The notes beneath the pieces were generated by a model. That model did not search any database. It saw only the letters and a program-made list of their open reading frames with translations, and was not told the DNA's origin. Source: Eledone cirrhosa (Eukaryota). From it: a stretch of DNA of 35,116 bases. Numbering within the stretch: the first letter of the stretch is position 1; each line of letters starts with the position of its first letter. Positions 1-13,160 of this stretch are shown piece after piece. The translations under genes were made by a program, and so were the position numbers. Location of the stretch: assembly GCA_964016885.1 (NCBI GenBank), contig CAXHJY010000559.1, positions 1-35,116 on the forward strand. Reading direction: 5' to 3'.

Positions 1-92
1 GGTAGTTGTGGTAATAAATAGTAGTAGTAGTGGTGCTGATGGCAGTAGTAGTTGTTGTGGTAATAGTAGCAGTAGAAGTAGTAGTAGTGGTT

Positions 93-148
<56 letters not shown>

Positions 149-351
149 CGTGGTGGTGGTGGTGGTAGTAGTAGTAGTGGTATTTGTAGTCGTAGTAGTG
201 GTGGTGGTTGTAGTAGTAGTAGTAGTGGTGGTGGTGGTGGTGGTAGTAGTAGTGGTAGTTGTAGTAGTAGTAGTAGTGGTGGTGGTGGTGGTAGTAGTAG
301 TAGTTATAGTAGTAGTAGTAGTGGTTGTGGTGGTGGTGGTAGTAGTAGTGT

Positions 352-391
<40 letters not shown>

Positions 392-413
392 GGTGGTGGT
401 GGTAGTAGTGGTG

Positions 414-466
<53 letters not shown>

Positions 467-684
467 GGTGGTAGTAGTAGTAGTAGTAGGAGTGGTGGTG
501 GTGGTGGTGGTAGTAGGAGTGGTGGTGGTGGTAGTAGGAGTGGTAGTAGTAGTAGTAGTACTAGTAGTAGTAGTAGTAGTGGTGGTGGTGGTGGTGGTAG
601 TAGTAGTAGTAGTAGTGGTGGTGGTGGTGGTGGTAGTAGGAGTGGTGGTGGTGGTAGTAGGAGTGGTAGTAGTAGTAGTAGTAC

Positions 685-718
<34 letters not shown>

Positions 719-789
719 GGTGGTAGTAGTAGTAGTAGTAGTGGTGGTGGTGGTGGTGGTAGTAGGAGTGGTAGTAGTAGTAGTAGTAC

Positions 790-820
<31 letters not shown>

Positions 821-891
821 GGTGGTAGTAGTAGTAGTAGTAGTGGTGGTGGTGGTGGTGGTAGTAGGAGTGGTAGTAGTAGTAGTAGTAC

Positions 892-922
<31 letters not shown>

Positions 923-926
923 GGTG
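1..926. repeat. compound (GTA)n/(GGT)n trinucleotide microsatellite
   Basis: Alternating GTA and GGT blocks. The right half reiterates larger blocks marked by AGGAGT and TACTAG interruptions. Confidence 0.97.
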
Positions 927-975
927 TTCGAAAATTATCATAAGCTACGGATTGTCTTGACTTTGTCTGGTGTGG

Positions 976-1362
976 TGTGTGTTTATATATGTATAGGTAT
1001 GTGTGTATGTGTGTATGTGTGTATGTGTCTATATGCATGTATGTATATATGTATATATGTGTATATATATATGTATGTATGTAAATAGTATGTATGTACA
1101 TGTATGTATGTATATGTATGTATGGATGTATGTATATGTATGTATATATATATGTATGTATGTATATGTATGTATGTATATGTATGTATGTATATGTATG
1201 TATGTATATGTATGTATATATATGTATGTATATGTATGTATGTTTATATATGTATGTATGTATAAGTATGTATATATATATATATGTATGTATATGTATG
1301 TATGTTTATATATGTATGTATATGTATGTATATATATATATGTATGTATGTATATGTATGTA

Positions 1363-1395
<33 letters not shown>

Positions 1396-1661
1396 ATGTA
1401 TATATATATGTATGTATGTATGTATGTATTTGTATATATATATATATGTATGTATGTATATATATATGTATGTAATATGTATGTATGTATATATATATGT
1501 ATGTATATATATATATATGTATGTGTATATATATGTATATATATATATATGTATGTATATATATATGTATGTATATATATATGTATGTATATATATATAT
1601 ATGTATATATATATGTATGTATGTATATATATATGTATATATATATATATATATATGTATG
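976..1661. repeat. (TATG)n/(TA)n microsatellite
   Basis: Direct reading. Confidence 0.95.
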
Positions 1662-1745
1662 TTTGATTCTCTTAGATCAAGGTTTCCTATCTGATATTTT
1701 CCCCTAGATGTAGTAAATTCCTCATCGCCTTCTTTTTCCATTGAA

Positions 1746-1997
1746 ACCACTACCATCGCCACTACCACCACACCACCACCACACCACCACCACCGCCACC
1801 ACCACACCACCCACACCACCACCACCACCACACCACCACCACCACACCACCACCACACCACCACCACCACCACCACCACCACCACCACCACCACCACCAC
1901 CACCACCACCACACCACCACCACCACCACACCACCACCACCACCACACCACCACCACACCACCACCACCACCACACCACCACCATCACCACCACCAC
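1746..1997. repeat. (CCA)n/CCACA microsatellite
   Basis: Direct reading. Confidence 0.95.
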
Positions 1998-2130
1998 AGC
2001 TTCCTTTGTTGAAGAATATCAATAATGAACTTTCCAAACAAAACAGGCCAAACTAGAAAGTAGCTTCCATAAACAAAACAAGAATCACGGAGAAACCTTT
2101 AAAAGCACATTATAGAGTTACCAGGAATGG

Positions 2131-2463
2131 TCTCTCTCTCACACACACCCTCTCTCTCTCACACACACTCTCTCTCTCTCACACACACTCTCTCTCTCTC
2201 TCACACACACTCTCTCTCTCTCTCACACACTCTCTCTCTCTCTCACACACACTCTCTCTCTCTCTCACACACACTCTCTCTCTCTCTCACACACTCTCTC
2301 TCTCTCTCACACACACTCTCTCTCTCTCTCACACACACCCTCTCTCTCTCACACACACTCTCTCTCTCTCACACACACTCTCTCTCTCTCTCACACACAC
2401 TCTCTCTCTCTCTCACACACTCTCTCTCTCTCACACACACTCTCTCTCTCTCACACACACACA

Positions 2464-2504
<41 letters not shown>

Positions 2505-2589
2505 TCTCACACACACTCTCTCTCTCTCACACACACTCTCTCTCTCTCTCTCACACACTCTCTCCTCTCTCTCACACACACACACACAC

Positions 2590-2628
<39 letters not shown>

Positions 2629-2990
2629 CCTCTCTCTCTCTCACACTCTCTCCTCTCTCTCTCGCACACACTCTCTCTCACACACTCTCTATCACACAAT
2701 CTCTCCTCTCTCTCTCTCTCCCTCACACACACACACTCTCTATCACACACTCTCTCCTCTCTCTCTCTCCCTCACACACACTCTCTCTCTCATACACACA
2801 CACTCTCTCTCCCTCACACACACACACTCTCTCTCGATCTGTCTGTCTCTTTCTCTCTCACTCTCTTTCTCACTCTCTCCCTGTCTCAATCTGTTTCGGT
2901 CATCCTCTGTTTTACTCCCTCTCTCTCTTTATCATACACACTCTCTCTCTTTCAATCTCTCTCTCACACCCCCTCACTCTCATTGTCCAT
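2131..2990. repeat. compound (CT)n/(CA)n microsatellite, decaying rightwards
   Basis: Alternating CT and CA runs. Confidence 0.95.
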
Positions 2991-4224
2991 CCCCGCCTCG
3001 TTTTTCTGTCTATGTAATAATATGCAGACATGTTGTGGATAGTGTATTATATAGAATATGTTATGTATAGGTGTTTCCGTAGTGAAGTCTGTCTGTGTAT
3101 ATATTTATATATATTTGCTTCTGTGAAGGTTTTGTACTCTTTTCACAGATAACACTGTGTATCTTTACCTTTTCTAAACTGTATTGTCAAATAACAAAAA
3201 CAGAAAATAAATAACACAATATATAAAAATATGTTTGATAAACTAAACAAAAAACCGAAAAACTAACTCTTATGAAAGTTCCTTTATTCTTTCATTTTAT
3301 CTATTTATGGCTAAATTGTGGATTTAATAATAGCCTAATACTTTCCTAAACAATATTTTTTATCAATAATGACAACAATAACAACAGACACAATAATAAT
3401 GCCGTCTTTAACAATCAAACATGTTACAATAACGAAAATATTATTGCTTATTGTATCGATATTATTGGTAAGTTGTTGTGAAGGTAGAGTGGTTGTGCTC
3501 TTGTGTTATTCGAAACATTATACGCAGATTCTTTGCATGTTATTTAATGCTATTTAAATTTCGCTAAAAATTTTCAGTGCTTTGTTTGTCCTCACCCCAA
3601 CTACCACCAACACCGCTACAACCATCACCACACCACCACCACAACCATTGCAACCATCACCACTATAACCACTACAACTGCAACCCGCCACCACTATAAC
3701 CACCACACCACCACCACAACCATTACAACCACCACCACTACAACCATCCACCTTTTAATTCTACCATTATCTGTATTCCTTTGTCGATGTTTTATTTTAA
3801 AATCTTTTACTTTGGGAAGTGAAAGGGAAAGCAAATGGTGCAGAATTAAGTTCCATGTCTTGTCCAAGGGCATTAGCTGACTTATTGAAGTATAATATGT
3901 CTCATAGAAGAATCGAAACCGTATTGCAAACTTTAAACATTTGGAGCTTACATCTTACTCTGCGGCAGTGGGCCTCAGACTTTGTTCAACATTGAGATGA
4001 GTGATATCAAATATTCTTAGATATCATAATCTAAATGTCTTAGTCTTTTCCTCACTGGAAACAAATCCATAGTCACATGACCTCAATATAAAATACTCGT
4101 TTGGCGTAAGATGTAGCTTAGAAATTTACCCAAATATTAAAACCAGCCCTCTTTCCTCACACTTTAGAAAGTACGTCCCACTGTGGTTTACTTTACAATT
4201 GAATTAAGGGTAGTAGAATCAAGG

Positions 4225-4345
4225 CCAGATTAATAGAGTGCTAAATAAAATACCTTGTAGTATTTAATTACGTCTCTTTACGTTCTGAGTTCAAATTCCA
4301 GCCGGCTCAACATTATCAGCTTTACTTTAATCCACAGTTTTATCC
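4225..4345 (+). mobile_element. tRNA-derived SINE fragment (family of 14425 and 32695)
   Basis: CGTTCTGAGTTCAAATTCC is a B-box-like segment matching the reverse complement of GGGATTTGAACTCAG at about 32780. Boundaries approximate. Confidence 0.65.
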
Positions 4346-4464
4346 TATCACAGTTTTTTTTTCCCTGTAAGAGGAGGCGAGATTTTAAATCAGAACGCAT
4401 AGATCTGGAACAGATTTCGCACGGTGTCTCACCTGATATTATAATAATTCCCGCTAATCCACTA

Positions 4465-4625
4465 CTGTCCTGGACTTTAACTTTATTTATCGACCACTAA
4501 GAGAATGAAAAATGAAGTTGAACTCGGTGGGATTTAAAATCTAAATTCTACATGCAGATAGCTGAAACAAACACCACAAGGCATTTAATTCTATGATATC
4601 TAACAACTTCACAAATTCGCCGCCT
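4465..4625 (-). mobile_element. tRNA-derived SINE, degenerate copy
   Basis: ACTTTATTTATCGACC...AAGTTGAACTCGGTGGGATTT...TTCGCCGCCT aligns by eye with 32730-32864. Confidence 0.7.
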
Positions 4626-5284
4626 GACAAAAATCACCAAATTTAATTACTAAAAACAACAAACATAATAAAAACACAAGTTTTCTTGTTTTATTTGTAT
4701 GAATGTCTTCAGCTTGTAAGGAAGTTGTAATTTCAAACGAACACCTATTTTGATGGCTGTTTATGGAGACGTTAACATTTGGCGGAAGTTTCAACATGAT
4801 TTACATAACACGAGACAATTCGTGTGCTGAATAAACTAGTTTGATCGACATAAGATTGTCGGAGAATCGATTGATGATGTGTTCATTGACAAAAGTCAAA
4901 GTGCAGTTGAGTTGTTTATACGGGTGCTGGCTTACTGATCGAAACATCGCCGGTTCGTATCTCGGTTGAATTTTTTCTCGTTCTCAGTACAGCGCTGCGC
5001 TATTCGCCTTTACAAAAAGGTTTAACCTTTTTTATACCATATCGCCCGAAGCCACACCGGGTTCTGTGATACAAAGCTGTTTATTTTAAATAATTAACTT
5101 ATTTTTATATAAATTTCTAGCAAGGATTGAAACCTTGCTTCCGAAGTACACCAGTAACTACTAACCACAGGACTATCGACTGTTTATTTTAATATTTCTA
5201 ATTATCTTGTAAAAAATCAACTCTATTATAGTTTTATGTTAAACTTTGATAAGTTAAGTTCCAAACACTAGTAAAATGGGTGTT

Positions 5285-5420
5285 TCTACTGGCATCAAGC
5301 CAGCAATTAGAAGAGAAGGGAAAATCGATTAAATCGGTCCCTATCGTTACTGGTACCTTATTTTTTCGAAGTTGTAAGGATAAAAGACAAAGCTAACCTT
5401 GGTGGTAATTGAACTCAAAC
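5285..5420 (-). mobile_element. tRNA-derived SINE, degenerate copy
   Basis: GCCAGCAAT...TTACTGGTACCTTATTTTTTCGA...CAAAGCTAACCTTGGTGGTAATTGAACTCA aligns with 32705-32793. Confidence 0.7.
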
Positions 5421-5584
5421 CACTAGGAAGATAATGAAAAAAACCTATTCATACTACTAAATCCTTAAAAAACTTGATTATATAAAAACGTATTTGTAAA
5501 ACATAGGCAATGTCTTTCTTAAGAAATATCGTAACTTGATTATTAACTACCACTGGTTCACTTGATTTAGCCATAACCCTTTAG

Positions 5585-6904
5585 CATTTACATTACTCTA
5601 TATTTACTATTGTATTGTCACAGTAAAGACTTTACCTCACATAACATTTACATTACTCTATATTTACTATTGTATTGTCACAGTAAAGACTTTACCTCAC
5701 ATAACATTTACATTACTCTATATTTACTATTGTATTGTCACAGTAAAGACTTTACCACACATAACATTTACATTACTCTATATTTACTATTGTATTGTCA
5801 CAGTAAAGACTTTACCTCACATAACATTTACATTACTCTATATTTACTATTGTATTGTCACAGTAAAGACTTTACCTCACATAACATTTACATTACTCTA
5901 TATTTACTATTGTATTGTCACAGTAAAGACTTTACCACACATAACATTTACATTACTCTATATTTACTATTGTATTGTCACAGTAAAGACTTTACCTCAC
6001 ATAACATTTACATTACTCTATATTTACTATTGTATTGTCACAGTAAAGACTTTACCTCACATAACATTTACATTACTCTATATTTACTATTGTATTTTCG
6101 CAGTAAAGACTTTACCTCACATAACATTTACATTACTCTATATTTACTATTGTATTGTCACAGTAAAGACTTTACCTCACATAACATTTACATTACTCTA
6201 TATTTACTATTGTATTGTCACAGTAAAGACTTTACCTCACATAACATTTACATTACTCTATATTTACTATTGTATTTTCGCAGTAAAGACTTTACCTCAC
6301 ATAACATTTACATTACTCTATATTTACTATTGTATTGTCACAGTAAAGACTTTACCTCACATAACATTTACATTACTCTATATTTACTATTGTATTGTCA
6401 CAGTAAAGACTTTACCTCACATAACATTTACATTACTCTATATTTACTATTGTATTTTCGCAGTAAAGACTTTACCTCACATAACATTTACATTACTCTA
6501 TATTTACTATTGTATTGTCACAGTAAAGACTTTACCTCACATAACATTTACATTACTCTATATTTACTATTGTATTTTCGCAGTAAAGACTTTACCTCAC
6601 ATAACATTTACATTACTCTATATTTACTATTGTATTGTCACAGTAAAGACTTTACCTCACATAACATTTACATTACTCTATATTTACTATTGTATTTTCG
6701 CAGTAAAGACTTTACCTCACATAACATTTACATTACTCTATATTTACTATTGTATTTTCGCAGTAAAGACTTTACCTCACATAACATTTACATTACTCTA
6801 TATTTACTATTGTATTGTCACAGTAAAGGCTTTACCACACATAACATTTACATTACTCTATATTTACTATTGTATTGTCACAGTAAAGGCTTTATCTCAC
6901 ATAA
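5585..6904. repeat. 60-bp minisatellite, 22 near-identical copies
   Basis: Unit CATTTACATTACTCTATATTTACTATTGTATTGTCACAGTAAAGACTTTACCTCACATAA repeats in register on every 60-nt line. There are no spacers. Confidence 0.99.
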
Positions 6905-7144
6905 TATTAAAGCTACAAGATTTTGATTATGTTATTTATTTTGAGACCAATACCTTAACGAGGTTCCTCGGAGTATGAAACACACGGATTTTTCCTTTAG
7001 GAGAATTTGTTTTCTTTTCTATGTTATTTTTAAGGGTTAGAATTAGCCCTTTTATTCGGAAATAAAAACGTTTGCGACGTTTTTTGGGGGGGTCAGATTA
7101 GTTGACCAAGGTGGGTTGGGATTTCAAACAAACTAAAAAAAGAA

Positions 7145-7505
7145 AAACCTTGTAAAGATATCAGTATTTTATACAGAAAATGTGTGATGATTATAATATT
7201 TTATGAACTAAAACAGTCGTGAAGATGTTACTACTCTATAAAGAGACTCGCGATTATATTGCTACGTTAATATAAATATATTAATAAATAAGCAGTTATG
7301 AAGACAAAACTACTTTATAGACATAATGCTATGAAAGCATTACTGTTTTATAAAGAAACAGTTGTGATCTTATTAATACTTTATAAATAAACATTTGTGA
7401 ACGCATTACTACTTTATAAAGAAACAATTTTAAAGGTGTCACTATTTCATGAAGAAATATCTGTAAAATGATTACTACTTTATAAACAACTGTGAAAGTA
7501 TTCCT
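7145..7505. repeat. highly degenerate ~33-bp tandem repeat
   Basis: Recurrent TTACTACTTTATAAAGAAACAGTTGTGA-like motif. The minus ORF 7329-7514 shows matching 11-aa periodicity (LFLYKVVMRSQ / MFIYKVLIRSQ). Confidence 0.75.
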
Positions 7506-7742
7506 ACAACACACGCCTTATCTACTACAGATTATATGCAAGTGTGTATAGATTATATACATAGTATGTGTGTATACATATATATATATAGTATGCGATC
7601 TGATATACGAATTTCTTTTTACAAAATACCAGTTCTGTAAAACCATGGAACGAGTGGCAAACGGCGATCTTGGACGAATTCTATTTGTCTGGTTCGTTAA
7701 ATTATATATATAGACGAGGGCAATCCCAAAAGTAAGGTCTCC

Positions 7743-7856
7743 TTCCGATATTGTAACTTTTTCGTTAAAATCCTGTGGATGGTGCTTCGGGAAACCTCAG
7801 GAACCAAAATGCAGAGAGAATCCAGAGTGATCCGCCGATCTTTACGCATGTTTTCC
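7743..7856 (-). pseudogene. mariner transposase fragment (second HTH, just before the WVP linker)
   Basis: EENMRKDRRITLDSLCILVPEVSRSTIHRILTKKLQYRK fits the mariner DRRxT...S.STI.RIL...L.YRK pattern. Confidence 0.85.
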
Positions 7857-7892
7857 TCGGAAGGAGACCTTACTTTTGGGATTGCCATCGTA

Positions 7893-7946
7893 TATAATAA
7901 CTGCGCGAAATTCGCACTTGTCGGTAGCGTTCAACGGGAGCTCCAT
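7893..7946 (-). pseudogene. mariner transposase N-terminal fragment
   Basis: ATG at 7946 gives MELPLNATDKCEFRAVI, like the mariner CExRAVIRFL start. It lies about 125 bp inside the 8071-8100 TIR. Confidence 0.75.
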
Positions 7947-8098
7947 TCTCAACGGCTGCCAAACCAAGATTGAGCATCCCAGCGAAGCTTGTTTGGGAGT
8001 GAAGGAAGCACCAATCACAACAGTGTTGCCAACAGCCGTACGAACAGCTTCTCTGCGTCCCCATCGCTTTGGAGACCTTACTTTTGGGATTACCCTCG

Positions 8099-8132
<34 letters not shown>

Positions 8133-8565
8133 GATATTTGTAAATCGAACTTTAGCTGCAATACAGAATGTACAATTCGATTTGTTTTGAGGCAATCACA
8201 AATCACTCAATGGATTGAAGGTTTAAAACAAACATTAAGTCCAGAGTTAAACACCTTGGTTATAAAATATGACACCAAGAGAACCGAGTGAAGGCACTGA
8301 CTATACATACAGCACAATAACGATATATAGAAAAAGGTTTTTTGTATATATATATATATTTATATATATATACATATGTGTATATATATACATATATCGT
8401 AGAAGGCTCCGGCCCAACATCTCTGCAATGATTGTAGAGCGAACTCCTAAACAAACCAACAAACCAACCATATTTAATATACATACATGTTTATTTATCT
8501 CATCTATATATGTATGTGTGAACATAGATGTTTTATACACAATTTGACTCGGTTATTTAAGAATA

Positions 8566-8604
<39 letters not shown>

Positions 8605-8695
8605 GTGTGTAATATATATATATGTGTGTGTGTAATATATATATATGTGTGTAATATATATATATGTGTGTGTGTGTAATATATATATAAATATG

Positions 8696-8940
8696 AATGT
8701 CTGCATATATATATACTGTAAATTTGTGAACATACACCTATATATATATGTATATATAAATGTCTGCATATATATATATACTGTAAATTTGTGAACATAC
8801 ACCTATATATATATGTATATATAAATGTCTGCATATATATATATACTGTAAATTTGTGAACATACACCTATATATATATGTATATATAAATGTCTGCATA
8901 TATATATATACTGTAAATTTGTGAACACACACCTATATAT
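8696..8940. repeat. 63-65-bp tandem repeat, ~4 copies
   Basis: ATGTCTGC(AT)nACTGTAAATTTGTGAACATACACC... starts at 8697, 8760, 8825 and 8890. Confidence 0.92.
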
Positions 8941-9148
8941 ATATATAATGTGTGTGTATTAGTTGTATCAATCGTATATATATAGTTAAGCATTTGTGAC
9001 AGTTAAGATACACACAAGTTTTTAATGAGGTCTAGATGTTAAGGTTTTGAAGTATCACCTTGATTACGAAAGCTGACGAAGTTAGCGATATCGCTGTGCT
9101 GTAATTACGTTGAATCAGAGTCGGATACTAGGATCAAATTAAATCACT

Positions 9149-9610
9149 TCACACACTACCACACACTACCACACTACCACCACACCACCACCACTACCAC
9201 ACACTACCACACACTACCACACTACCACGACACCACTACCACCACACTACCACGACACCACTACCACCACACCACCACACTACCACACTCTACCACCACA
9301 CTATCACCACACCACACCACCACATACTACCACCACCACACCACCACACTACCACTACACTACCACACTATCACCACAACCACACACTACCACGCCAACA
9401 CTACCACAACAGTACCACCACCACTACCACATACTACCACTTCCTACTACCAGAACACCACTACCACATACCACCATACTACCACACACTACCACACCAC
9501 TACCACCATACTACCACACACTACCACACCACTAGCACATACCAGCACTACTACCACACCACTACCACATACCACCACTACTACCACCACTACTACCACC
9601 ACTACTACGA
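9149..9610. repeat. degenerate CCACA/CTACCA simple repeat
   Basis: Direct reading. Confidence 0.9.
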
Positions 9611-9716
9611 CTCTCTTTTACTTACTACTCATGTATTTCATTCTTACTCTATTTCGCTATTTATATATTCAATTATTTATATTTCGTTTTTGTTATATAT
9701 ATGTGTATATATATAC

Positions 9717-9770
<54 letters not shown>

Positions 9771-10272
9771 CTGTGTGTGTGAATGTATGTATATATGTGT
9801 GTGTGTGTGTATGTATGTGTGTGTATGTATGTGTGTATGTATGTATACGTATACATGTGTATGTGTATGTATGTGTGTATGTATGTATATGTATACATGT
9901 GTATGTGTATATATGTGTATGTATGTGTATATGTGTGTATGTGTATACGTATGTACATACATGTGCATATGTGTATATGTATGTATATATTTTTATTTTA
10001 TTTCGTTAAAATAATTCTTACACAGAAAACACAGAGAATTAGTATGTGAAAAGGTTTGTGAATTATATCGATAAAGGGCCTATTTTTTCTCGTTAGTGTC
10101 ACACATAACGTAGCAGCGGGTTGGCTGTTTATTATTATTATTATTATTATTATTATTGCTTTTTCCTTAATGAAATATTGCTTTATGTTGTTGTTTTCAC
10201 ATATATGTGTATATATATATATGCTTACATACACACGTATATTCATACACATGTATATTCATACACATATAT

Positions 10273-10608
10273 ATTCATACACATATAAAGATATATAAAT
10301 ATATATATGTATATATACACACATGTATATTCATACACATATAAAGATATATAAATATATATATGTATATATACACACATGTATATTCATACACATATAA
10401 AGATATATAAATATATATATGTATATATACACACATGTATATTCATACACATATAAAGATATATAAATATATATATGTATATATACACACATGTATATTC
10501 ATACACATATAAAGATATATAAATATATATATGTATATATACACACATGTATATTCATACACATATAAAGATATATATATATATGCATACATACACATGT
10601 ATATTCAT
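10273..10608. repeat. 56-bp tandem repeat, ~6 copies
   Basis: ATTCATACACATATAAAGAT... recurs at 10273, 10329, 10385, 10441, 10497 and 10553. Confidence 0.92.
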
Positions 10609-11164
10609 ACACATATAAATATACATATATATATGTATATATATACACATATCTATATTCATATATATATATATATATATTACACATAAATACATACTAA
10701 CACATGTATGTATATATAGACATATACATGTATATTCGGATATATATATATGTATATATATAAATTGATCATTCATCCTAAAAGTATTGGTCTACGAATC
10801 ACTAGTAAGAAACATAGATTTACGTTAACGGGGTAAATGTCATTGGTAATCATAGAACACATATAGACTCACATACACACACACATACCCTCACTCACAT
10901 ACAGACATACACACACACATACATACCCTCATATCGACACACACTCACATACACACAGACATACCCTCACTCACATACATACAGACATACACACACACAC
11001 TCACATACATACCCTCATATAGACACACACTCACATATTATCACATACACACTCATATACCACCACACACATACACAAAATGAGAAGAAAAACAAAACAA
11101 AACACATTCAGTCATGAAATAATAATAATAATAATAAAAATAATATAGACATGTATGTATGTAT

Positions 11165-11304
<140 letters not shown>

Positions 11305-11574
11305 TGTGACAGGTGGAGTTTTTTTTTAAAAACACTCATACAAACAAATATATATATACATATACACACATATTATATATATATATACATATTATATATC
11401 TATATACATAATAATATTTTGTATGTATATATACACATACATACACATTATATATATATTATGTATGTATACACAATTAATTAGTTTCAAGGAAACGTCA
11501 TCTAATACATTGAATCTTTTATAATGATTTTGGAAAATTTTTCATTTATCGCTTTGATTTTATTTATTTCCTAT

Positions 11575-11650
<76 letters not shown>
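11575..11650. repeat. perfect (TAG)n microsatellite
   Basis: Direct reading. Confidence 0.97.
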
Positions 11651-11651
<1 letters not shown>

Positions 11652-12137
11652 TTGTTATTCTTTTATATTGTTGTTGTTGTTTTACTTCGATTTCAAAGAG
11701 TTTTTTTCAAAGACAGGAAAATGATCGACAAATAAGTAACGGTTAAGAATTAATTTTCTTTGGTTGGTTTGTTTCTTTGTTGTTGCTGTTGTTATTGTTA
11801 TTACTATTATTATTATTAAATAACAAGGTGACATATACTGGAATAAGGTTCGTTAATCAATGCATGTAAACATTCTTTGATTAATTTGACTGAAAAAAAA
11901 ACAAAAAACTGAAAGACTCACACATTTAAACACACACATTGAAACATATATTTACATACATACATACGCACGAACGAACATATACACTTGTATACACATA
12001 CATTTGCACACACACACACTCACACACGCACGCACGCACGCACGTACGCACGCACGCGCACGTTTTAACACATACATTTATGCACATTCGCAGCCACGGA
12101 CACATGCACTTAGATAGGACAGATGCACACAGATGCA

Positions 12138-12219
<82 letters not shown>

Positions 12220-12440
12220 GCCGGTCTACTAAGCAAAAATTCGGTATTTTCTTATATTTTCACCAATATTGCGGCTATGTGACCACTTCTTCATGCTGGT
12301 TGTTTAACCAGCTAGAAACAGCAGCTAACTCGCCCCTATATCCCGCAAATGGAAGGACACATTGAGTAACTTAACCCGAGACACATGATTAATCTTGTTC
12401 TCTACCTTTCTATTTCGTCTTTTATTTCTTATTCTACCTT

Positions 12441-12469
12441 ATGATGAAGGACTAGTGTCCGAAACGTTT
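12441..12469 (+). ncRNA. degenerate minimal hammerhead-ribozyme-like motif (C3 mutated), probable Penelope-like remnant
   Basis: AUGAUGA-A-GGAC-UAGU-GUCC-GAAA-CGUUU. 12442-12469 differs from 25005-25032 at one loop position only. Confidence 0.5.
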
Positions 12470-13039
12470 GTTGGTTGCTTATTTTTTGCACACACACACA
12501 CACACACATGTATGTATATGTGTATATATATATGTGTATATAAATGTGTATGTATATGTGTAACAGAGGATGTACCGTCGGAGTCCTGACTCTTTTCCTT
12601 TGTATATGTGTATATATATATATATGTATGTGTATATATATGAGTATCTGTATGTATATGTGTATATGTATATATATGTATATATATGTATGTGTATATA
12701 TATGAGTATCTGTATGTATATGTGTATATGTATATATATGTATGTGTATATGAGTATCTGTATGTATATGTGTGTGTATATATATATGTGTATATATATA
12801 TATATATATGTATGTGTATATATGAGTATCTGTATGTATGTGTGTAGGTGTATGCATATGTATGTATATGTATAGTAAGTCCTATAACTGTTGCTCGACT
12901 AGTTTTTTTCCTATAACTGTTGCTCGACTAGTTTCTCCTGTAACTGTTTTCAGTTTGTTTTGTTTTTGCTTTTTCTTGGTGTCAAAGGAGTTAAGGAGTT
13001 TATTTGTTATTGTTACATGTGGGATGACATTTTGCGACT

Positions 13040-13160
13040 GCTATTGTTTGCCATAACAGCCAGGTCACTGAGTCAGCCACTGGTGAGCAGGTTCGGCCTA
13101 GACGATGAAATGATAAGAAGTTCGACTGGACGGCCAAAGCAGACGGATAAATAAATAAAT
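13040..13160 (+). mobile_element. possible 3' end of a retroposon
   Basis: GC-richer unique island ending abruptly in a (TAAA)n tail (GGATAAATAAATAAATAG). Family not recognised. Confidence 0.35.

Larger units (their letters stand above)
7713..8100 (-). mobile_element. internally deleted, rearranged mariner (Tc1/mariner) element with three TIRs
   Basis: ~30-bp TIR (TA)CGAGGGYAATCCCAAAAGTAAGGTCTCC at 7713-7742 (+), 7863-7892 (-) and 8071-8100 (-). Flanks are TA-rich and there are internal transposase fragments. Confidence 0.9.

Noticed and set aside
8-3017. Long Ser/Gly, Val, Tyr/Ile/Cys and Ser/Leu/His ORFs
   Set aside because: Translations of microsatellites. The same applies to the many YI/CV/HT ORFs throughout the window.
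4900-4970. tRNA gene (GGTTCGTATCTC B-box-like)
   Set aside because: No cloverleaf can be drawn; more likely a decayed SINE head.
5585-6904. CRISPR-like array
   Set aside because: Head-to-tail units with no unique spacers, no cas genes, and a eukaryotic context.
5610-6926. 438-aa ORF of 20-aa repeats (YCHSKDFTSHNIYITLYLLL)
   Set aside because: It is open only because the unit is a multiple of 3 with one stop-free frame. It starts at TTG, has no unique domain, and its variants are amino-acid-changing.
9073-9093. CTGACGAAG...CGATATCG hammerhead-like string (similar on the minus strand at about 14802-14819)
   Set aside because: The GAAA box is altered to GAUA and there are no credible stems, so chance is plausible.
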